A stretch of DNA of 13,707 nucleotides from a virus, in UHGV virus genome UHGV-1773340. The stretch is one strand, 5' to 3'. The notes beneath the pieces were generated by a model, which was given only the letters and a program-made list of their open reading frames with translations, was not told the DNA's origin and did no database searches. Of this stretch, positions 7,401 through 13,707 are shown one piece after another; the stretch's first letter is position 1, and every line of letters begins with the position of its first letter. The position numbers and the translations under genes were made by a program.

Positions 7401-10216
7401 TGCCAGTCGTACCAACAGTATCCGGCCGTCAGGTTCAGAGCCGTGGAGTTCAGTCAGCAGGCTTGCAGACGTTTTCTCAGCCAGGTATTGGTGATGCTTT
7501 TGTTCGGGCAGGGACAGAGGCAATTGATGTTTTTGGTCAGGCAAAACAGCGTGCCAATATCGCTCTGGCTCAGGAGGCATCTCTTAACCTCAGTCAGATA
7601 AGCAGTGATCTGCTGAATAATCCTGAAACAGGATTGCTTAACCTGAAAGGGAAAAATGCTATTGGAAAAGGTCAGGAGTATACGCAGCAGTTTGATGCTC
7701 AGGTCGAACAACTGGCTATGTCGCTGCCGGATGAACAGGCTCGTAATGCTTTCATGCAGCAGGCGCAGCAGCAGCGCATTCAGTTCACTACGCAGGCAGG
7801 GCGGCACGAGATAGGGCAAATAAATGCCTACGAAGAAGGCCAGTTTCAGGCTACGCTGCTGAACAATGGTAAAAATTCCGCAGCATTGTATGGCGACAAC
7901 GCCGCATACGTATTGGCTAATAAGCAAACTTTCCAGCAAATTGAGGATTACGGCATTGCACATGGCTGGAGTGACGAGCAAATCCAGGCCAAGAAAATCG
8001 AGTTTAAAGAGAAGGTTGCTGATGCTGCATTGTCCCAGTGGTCAGCAAATAACGCGATCGGCTTCATTCAGAGCAACGGTGAGCTGAGCGACACGGTAGC
8101 CGGTTCACGGCGGGCTACTGTTAACCCTTATGGTGGTGAGCCATCATCTACGAAAGGAATGGTTACCCAGGGGAACATTAACTTATTCAACCGACCATCT
8201 GTAAAAAACGAAGATGGTACTATCAGCACGGTAAGAACTATTTCCATAGGCACTGATGCAGGTGAAGTCCTGATACCAACGGTCAGTGATGACGGTAAAT
8301 TACTTTCAGATGATGAAGCAATCGCGCTATATGAAAAAACAGGAAAGCACCTTGGAATATTTGATAATCCTGATGATGCGACTGCATATGCTGAAAAGTT
8401 GCACGAGCAGCAAGATCAGTATTATGTGAAAGGTGATAGCGGCGATGCCAGGGGTATCCGCAACAATAACCCAGGAAACCTTGAAGCCAGCTCATCAAAC
8501 CCATGGATTGGGCAGACTGGTAGTGATGGCCGGTTTGCAAAATTCGAGACTCCGGAGCATGGGATCCGCGCGCTGGGCCGCAACCTCATATCCTACCAGC
8601 GACAGGGGATTGATACCGTTGGCGAGATCATTAACCGTTGGGCGCCGCCGTCTGACAATAACGACACGGCTGCATACATCAAAGCAGTTTGCGCGCAGTT
8701 AGGCGTAACGGCAAACCAGCCTCTTGACGCTTCCAATCCTGACACGCTGCAGGCACTCTGTGCCGCCATCATTAAGCATGAAAACGGCAGTCAGCCATAC
8801 AGCCAGGATCAGTTGTCCACCGGCGTCAGCGCAGCTCTTGGGCTGTCACAGTTGCCAACCAGCAATAAACGCTACACCGGCAATGCAGCATTCGACGCCG
8901 CCACGCCGGAAGCGCAGGCCACTTTTCTGCGCCAGGCTGATCAGATCCGCCGGCAGCAGCAGGCCGAATACAGAACGGTTATCGATAGCCAGGTTCGCGA
9001 CGCCACCGCGGCTTACATGCGAGGTGTTGAGTTCCCAAACCCGCCAGGGGAAGCTGATTTTATGGCTGCCTACGGCGTGCGGGAGGGAAACCAGCGTTAC
9101 ACCGAATTCAGGAATACGCAGATTGCCGGGCAGTACATTGGCTCATTCCGCAACATGCCGACAAGCAGCATTACAGCATATGTTGAGCAATTACGCCCGG
9201 ATACTGGTGAGACAGGGGAGGGTTATGCGGCACGAGCCGCTCTTTATGACAACGTTGTGTCGGCTGCAAGTCAGGTGATAAAGCAGCGACAGGCTGATCC
9301 TGTACAGTTCTCTCTTGCCGCCGGACAGGCAAAGCCTATCGACATGAGCAATAAGGATAACTTTGGACAGAGCGTTGCCTTGCGTGCTGCTCAGGTCAGT
9401 GACCTTGCTAAGTCATATGGCACTCCACTGACGTTCTTTTCCAAAGACGAGGCCAATCAGATCGGTGTTTTCTTTCGTGATGCGCCCGTTTCCCAACAGG
9501 CAGCATATCTCGATACCATCAGGCAGAGCACTGGTGGTGGGCAGGTGTATATGTCAGCACTACAGCAGATCAGTGCCAACGCTCCATCTGCTGCCGTTGC
9601 CGGGATACTGATGGATAAGCCTGGTGGTATTTTGGCAGAAAAAAACTGGTTTAATCCGGATGTTTCCGTGTCTCCTGAAACCGCTGCGCAGACAATTCTT
9701 GCTGGCGCGGCGGCTCGTAAAGGTACTGATGATGCGAAAGGTATTCCGATGCCTAAAGATGCTGATCTTCGCCTTGAGTTTTCTGACATGGTGAAGGATG
9801 CATTTGCTGGTGACGCTCAGGGGGCATCAATGGCATACGAGATCGCAAAGGATTATTACGCTGGTGTGATGGCGAAAAAAGGCGTGGTATCAGGCGAAAT
9901 TGACAATGATGTCTGGAAACAGGCTGTTAACGTAGCTACAGGTGGCGTGCATGACTATAACGGAATGGGGAATGTCCTTTTGCCGTGGGGAATGTCTGCA
10001 GAGCAATTCGATAAGCAGGTTAATCAGGCTTGGAATGAACAAGTTGTCGGCTCCGGGATAAAAACACCGCCTGGTCAGTATGGTTTGCAAAGTTACGGCG
10101 ATAGTCAGTACCTGGTGAAACTTGGTACTGGTTATCTGCTGAAAGATGATGGTTCTCCCGTTGTTCTTAATCTGACACAGAAGCGTCAGAGATTCTCCGG
10201 AGATATTCCGCAATGA
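7400..10216 (+). CDS. large internal virion/ejection protein (938 aa) at the gp15 position, with a central conserved-looking module
   Basis: GGAGGA at 7389..7394 lies 5 nt before the ATG at 7400, which overlaps the upstream TAA. The track's start at 7325 would overlap the upstream gene by 75 nt and is rejected. A central segment (nt about 8440..8830: …[45 protein letters not shown]…[13 protein letters not shown]…) looks like a globular, possibly enzymatic domain. Confidence 0.7.
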   Translation: MPVVPTVSGRQVQSRGVQSAGLQTFSQPGIGDAFVRAGTEAIDVFGQAKQRANIALAQEASLNLSQISSDLLNNPETGLLNLKGKNAIGKGQEYTQQFDAQVEQLAMSLPDEQARNAFMQQAQQQRIQFTTQAGRHEIGQINAYEEGQFQATLLNNGKNSAALYGDNAAYVLANKQTFQQIEDYGIAHGWSDEQIQAKKIEFKEKVADAALSQWSANNAIGFIQSNGELSDTVAGSRRATVNPYGGEPSSTKGMVTQGNINLFNRPSVKNEDGTISTVRTISIGTDAGEVLIPTVSDDGKLLSDDEAIALYEKTGKHLGIFDNPDDATAYAEKLHEQQDQYYVKGDSGDARGIRNNNPGNLEASSSNPWIGQTGSDGRFAKFETPEHGIRALGRNLISYQRQGIDTVGEIINRWAPPSDNNDTAAYIKAVCAQLGVTANQPLDASNPDTLQALCAAIIKHENGSQPYSQDQLSTGVSAALGLSQLPTSNKRYTGNAAFDAATPEAQATFLRQADQIRRQQQAEYRTVIDSQVRDATAAYMRGVEFPNPPGEADFMAAYGVREGNQRYTEFRNTQIAGQYIGSFRNMPTSSITAYVEQLRPDTGETGEGYAARAALYDNVVSAASQVIKQRQADPVQFSLAAGQAKPIDMSNKDNFGQSVALRAAQVSDLAKSYGTPLTFFSKDEANQIGVFFRDAPVSQQAAYLDTIRQSTGGGQVYMSALQQISANAPSAAVAGILMDKPGGILAEKNWFNPDVSVSPETAAQTILAGAAARKGTDDAKGIPMPKDADLRLEFSDMVKDAFAGDAQGASMAYEIAKDYYAGVMAKKGVVSGEIDNDVWKQAVNVATGGVHDYNGMGNVLLPWGMSAEQFDKQVNQAWNEQVVGSGIKTPPGQYGLQSYGDSQYLVKLGTGYLLKDDGSPVVLNLTQKRQRFSGDIPQ

Positions 10217-12015
10217 GTTACTTTGGCCTTAATCCAGTAAACCAGAATCAGCAGCTTGACGAAGCAGCATCAAATCCAGCTGGCTTTAACAGCGATGTTG
10301 GTTTTTTCGACAATGCTGTAGGAGCGGCATTGTCTGGTTTGTACTCCGGGCTGGTGGCAAAGCCAGATCAGTTGCTATGGGCAGGGATGGATAAAATCGT
10401 ATCCCCGATCGCTCAGTTTGTTAACGAAAACACCTCGCTCAATGACACTTCAGTTTCATACATTGCTGAGCAGAGAAAACTAGCAGAGCAGCAGGTTAAG
10501 CGGCTGACGCCTGATGCCGCGACAACCGGAACCGCCGGGCAGGTTCTTTATGGGTTGTTCGATATGGGCGGGCAGGCTGTTGTCGGTACAACGCTCGGTG
10601 GTCCTGTCGGAGGTGCAGCGGCGGTAACTTCGCTACAGGGTTTTTCTGAGTTTGAACGGCTGACAGCACAGGGGGTTGATTTCAGGACGGCGCAGGAAGC
10701 GGGATTAGTGCAGGGCATTACTGCTGGTGCCGGAACACTGATCCCTATGAGCCTCGGGTTACGTGCTGGTGGTGCGCTGGCGGAAGGTGTGGCGGCTCAG
10801 CTTGCGCGGACGGGTGAGAGTTCAGTGCGACGCGCCGCAGCAACAGCAGTACGTGCAACGCCAGATATTGCCTATGCCGCAGGTACAAATATTGCGTTCG
10901 GTATGGCACAGCGTGGGCTTACTGCAAAAACGCTTCGTGATGGTGGCTATAGCGAAATGGCTAACCAGTATGATGTGTTGGATCGACAGGCAATTGCTAT
11001 TGATGCTGTTCTTGGGGTGGCGTTTGGTGGTGTCGGCAGATTTATTAACTCTCGCGGCGAGTCTACAAACGCACCAAATTTTTCACCAGTTGATATCGAT
11101 GCTGCACTGGCGGCGAATGCCGCTCATCATGCTGAAATTGATATTGCGCCCGGCGTGCCGATCAACGTGCTTTCGCGCAATTCTCACATTCAGGCTCTGC
11201 GAAAAGCTATGTCTGATGTTAGCCAGGGGAGATCTGTAGACGTTGCCAGCATTGTTGAGTCTGCATCTTTCAGTGAAATTCCTGGGCGCAAGAGTCTGCT
11301 GTCTCAGGCAGTTAATGAGGCTCTGTCATCTGTAGATGATGGAGTAACGGCGCGCGCTATAGAAAATCGGTTGCTTGAAGAACAGGCCGCGCAGCTTTTG
11401 CCGCGTGGAGATAGACAGGTTTACCAGTCTGAAATCGCTAATAGCCAACGAATTATTGAAAATCTCAATGAACAGCGTGCACAAATTCTTGCAGAAGATC
11501 CAACCGGTAGCGGTAAAGCTTTGTCTCGTGCTCGATCAGATAAACAGGCCAGACTTCGCGATATTGATCAACGAATCCGGCAGGCACAAGAACGCCTGGA
11601 ATTTTCCCGTAACGCGTTGGCACCGCACGAGCCTGGCGGTCAGTTTTTTGAAGCTCGAGCAGAACTGGCTCGGAGACAGCAGGCAGAAAGTGAACTTAAT
11701 GCTCAGGCTGTTTCATTCTATAAAACAGCAGAGGTCAGGACGCCAGACGAAGTAGCTCCTTTTGAGCTTGATAAAATATTGCAACAGGCAGAACAAAAAA
11801 TGATGGCGGATCAGGCGGGAGATATTGATCTGCGCATAGCTGAAGACTCGCTGCTTGAATCACCTGACATGATAATCACCGTGCTGGATGATGATGGTAA
11901 TCCACAATCGCGCAGCGCGCGTGAAGTACTGGATGAAGCGAACAGGGAAAGTGAGCAGGCAATACAGGATTCCAGCCTGTTTGATGTCGCTGTGGCGTGT
12001 TTCTTGAGAGGTTAA
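10213..12015 (+). CDS. internal virion/ejection protein (600 aa) with Gly/Ala-rich hydrophobic segments and a charged helical C-terminal half
   Basis: ATGA overlap with the previous gene. Residues about 105..280 contain several GxxxG/A-rich hydrophobic stretches (for example [19 protein letters not shown] and [31 protein letters not shown]). The C-terminal half is Arg/Glu/Gln-rich and coiled-coil-like. Confidence 0.7.
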   Translation: MSYFGLNPVNQNQQLDEAASNPAGFNSDVGFFDNAVGAALSGLYSGLVAKPDQLLWAGMDKIVSPIAQFVNENTSLNDTSVSYIAEQRKLAEQQVKRLTPDAATTGTAGQVLYGLFDMGGQAVVGTTLGGPVGGAAAVTSLQGFSEFERLTAQGVDFRTAQEAGLVQGITAGAGTLIPMSLGLRAGGALAEGVAAQLARTGESSVRRAAATAVRATPDIAYAAGTNIAFGMAQRGLTAKTLRDGGYSEMANQYDVLDRQAIAIDAVLGVAFGGVGRFINSRGESTNAPNFSPVDIDAALAANAAHHAEIDIAPGVPINVLSRNSHIQALRKAMSDVSQGRSVDVASIVESASFSEIPGRKSLLSQAVNEALSSVDDGVTARAIENRLLEEQAAQLLPRGDRQVYQSEIANSQRIIENLNEQRAQILAEDPTGSGKALSRARSDKQARLRDIDQRIRQAQERLEFSRNALAPHEPGGQFFEARAELARRQQAESELNAQAVSFYKTAEVRTPDEVAPFELDKILQQAEQKMMADQAGDIDLRIAEDSLLESPDMIITVLDDDGNPQSRSAREVLDEANRESEQAIQDSSLFDVAVACFLRG

Positions 12016-12020
12016 ATTAA

Positions 12021-13707
12021 ATGAGACAGGAATGTATACAAGCGGTCCAGCAGGCGGCGCAGCGCACGTTAACGGCGCGAGAAATACAGAACATTGAAGA
12101 CCGCATTTATCGAAATATGCGCTCCATTGCTCGTGATGACCCGATGTCGTGGAGACAACTTTCCGAATCAGAGCGGCTATATCGTGCAGCACAATTGGCA
12201 TCTGAAGAATTACAGCGAGAAGCGACATTAAAGAAACGTCGTGTGGCCCTCACTATAGCCGCACGTCAGAGATTGGATAAATTTATCAATAGCTATCAAG
12301 GGGCTGATGGGAAACTTGGCGCTCTTAACCGTACTATTGCTTTTAATGCAGACGGTAAATCGAATTTCCTCTCTGTTGAATCCAGAACAAAAGCCACTCG
12401 TGATTATGCATTGAGTCAATTGCAGGAGGCATTTGAAGCAGTTGATCCTCGCTTTTTTGGCCTGTTTGAAGATGAATCGGGCGTGCGTGACTTGGTATAT
12501 GAAATGCGAGGGAAAAATACTGGCAATGCTAAAGCAAGAAAAGGTGCTAAGGCGTGGAGAGAAGTGACAGATCTACTGCGCCGCCGGTTTAATGATGCTG
12601 GTGGGGACATTGGCTATCTCGAAAACTGGGGGATCCCTCAACATCATTCTATGGAAAAGGTTGGGGCGGTATCAAAAGATAAATGGGTTAGCGATGTTAT
12701 AGGTAAGCTGGATCGCAAATATTATACCCGAGCCGATGGACAACTGATGAACGATGACGAGTTGTCTGCATTTCTTGGAGAGGCTTATAACACGATCGCT
12801 ACTGGTGGGCTGAATAAGCTTACTGATACCGGAATGCGAATTTCCGGCGCACGTGCTAACCGTGGTAATGCATCACGACAGATACATTTCAAAGATGCAG
12901 ATTCCTATCTGCAATATCAGCAACTTTATGGCGATCGCTCTCTATGGGAAATCATGGTCGGTCACCTGGAAGGTATCAGTAAAGATATTGCACTGGTGGA
13001 AACATATGGCCCAAACCCCGATCATGTTTTCCGCTCTCTTCTTGATCAGGTGAAGGCAGAAACGGCAACAGCTAACCCGAGTAAAACCGGTAAAGTCGAG
13101 CGGCTGGCGAACAACACAGAGAATCTGTACAACTTTATTTCCGGAAAGACACAGCCTGTAGCGAATCCGCACATCGCGCGATGGTCTGACAATATCCGCA
13201 ACTGGCTGGTTGCCAGCAGACTCGGATCCGCGTTGCTATCATCGTTCTCTGATCTTGGAACCATGTATCTGTCTGCGAAGGTTACCAACCTTCCAATGAA
13301 TCAGTTATTCCGCAACCAGCTTGAAGCTATGGACCCAACGAACCGTACAGAACTTGCGCGGGCGCGCCGCGCTGGTCTGGCGATGGAATCTTTACTTGGC
13401 AGCGTTAACCGCTGGGCGATGGATAATATGGGGCCGTCAGTGTCTCGTTGGGCGGCAACGGCGGTAATGCGTGCCAGTGGGCTTACAGCATGGTCAGATG
13501 CGCACAAGCGCGCCTATGGCGTAACCATGATGGGAAGCCTGGGAGAAGTAGTGTCACGGACAGCAGACCTTCGTAGCCTCGATGACTCTGATTTTCGTAT
13601 CCTGAAAAGCAAAGGGATTACTGACACAGACTGGAGAGTATGGAAGCTGGCGCAACAGGAGGACTGGGGGAACGGTAATAATACGATGCTGACACCGGAA
13701 AGCATTA
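12021..13707 (+). CDS. large internal virion protein, 3'-truncated (more than 562 aa within the window); gp16 position
   Basis: Not in the supplied ORF track because it has no stop in the window. I translated frame 3 from the ATG at 12021 to the window end and found no stop codon (MRQECIQAVQQAAQRTLTAREIQNIEDRIYRNMRSIARDDPMSWRQL…TMLTPESI). GAGAGG at 12006..12011 lies 9 nt upstream. Same strand and operon as the preceding genes. Confidence 0.7.
   Translation, partial: MRQECIQAVQQAAQRTLTAREIQNIEDRIYRNMRSIARDDPMSWRQLSESERLYRAAQLASEELQREATLKKRRVALTIAARQRLDKFINSYQGADGKLGALNRTIAFNADGKSNFLSVESRTKATRDYALSQLQEAFEAVDPRFFGLFEDESGVRDLVYEMRGKNTGNAKARKGAKAWREVTDLLRRRFNDAGGDIGYLENWGIPQHHSMEKVGAVSKDKWVSDVIGKLDRKYYTRADGQLMNDDELSAFLGEAYNTIATGGLNKLTDTGMRISGARANRGNASRQIHFKDADSYLQYQQLYGDRSLWEIMVGHLEGISKDIALVETYGPNPDHVFRSLLDQVKAETATANPSKTGKVERLANNTENLYNFISGKTQPVANPHIARWSDNIRNWLVASRLGSALLSSFSDLGTMYLSAKVTNLPMNQLFRNQLEAMDPTNRTELARARRAGLAMESLLGSVNRWAMDNMGPSVSRWAATAVMRASGLTAWSDAHKRAYGVTMMGSLGEVVSRTADLRSLDDSDFRILKSKGITDTDWRVWKLAQQEDWGNGNNTMLTPESI

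Noticed and set aside
7454-7981. 175-aa minus-strand ORF inside the 938-aa gene
   Set aside because: Antisense shadow of a Gln/Ala-rich coding region. Its Cys/Leu-rich translation is atypical of real proteins in this context.
8440-8830. Calling the central module of the 938-aa protein a lytic transglycosylase
   Set aside because: The canonical transglycosylase signature (ES…GLMQ…AYN) is not visible, so a specific enzyme-family assignment would be invented. It is kept only as an uncharacterised candidate domain.
8724-9278. 184-aa plus-strand alternative-frame ORF inside the 938-aa gene (also 10763..11239 and 11375..11755 inside the 600-aa gene)
   Set aside because: These are out-of-frame ORFs embedded in long, well-supported genes. 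Their Arg/Pro/Cys-rich or Leu-rich compositions are typical of off-frame translation, and there is no RBS evidence.
1-13707. Search for tRNA, CRISPR repeats, integrase or transposase, attachment-site repeats, and diversity-generating retroelement template/variable repeats
   Set aside because: No cloverleaf-like or spaced direct-repeat structures were seen, and no recombinase-like ORF. The window is fully occupied by structural genes. A retroelement, if the phage has one, would be expected near tail-fibre genes outside this window.

Overview
The window is a single, densely packed, all-plus-strand block of phage virion morphogenesis genes, of podovirus (short-tailed) type, with about 98% coding density. 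In order: the 3' end of an upstream gene (probably portal), a 98-aa protein, a scaffolding protein, an HK97-type major capsid protein, three small accessory genes, tail tubular proteins A and B in T7 gp11/gp12 order, and a run of internal virion (core/ejection) proteins: a 154-aa protein at the gp13 position, a gp14-like 181-aa protein, then 938-aa and 600-aa proteins and a further ORF that runs off the 3' edge. That last ORF (12021..13707) is absent from the supplied ORF track; I read it codon by codon and found no stop. Most genes are joined by overlapping stop/start codons, and two stem-loops interrupt the operon (after the capsid gene and after the second small gene). I found no tRNA, rRNA, CRISPR, integrase, transposase or minus-strand gene. 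GC is roughly 50%, compatible with an enterobacterial host, but I cannot tell from this window whether it is a prophage or a free phage genome. All homology statements rest on gene order, size, composition and remembered motifs, not on a search. The best candidates for something undescribed are the large internal-virion proteins, which do not look like their T7 counterparts, and a C-terminal motif shared by the scaffolding protein and a small downstream protein.
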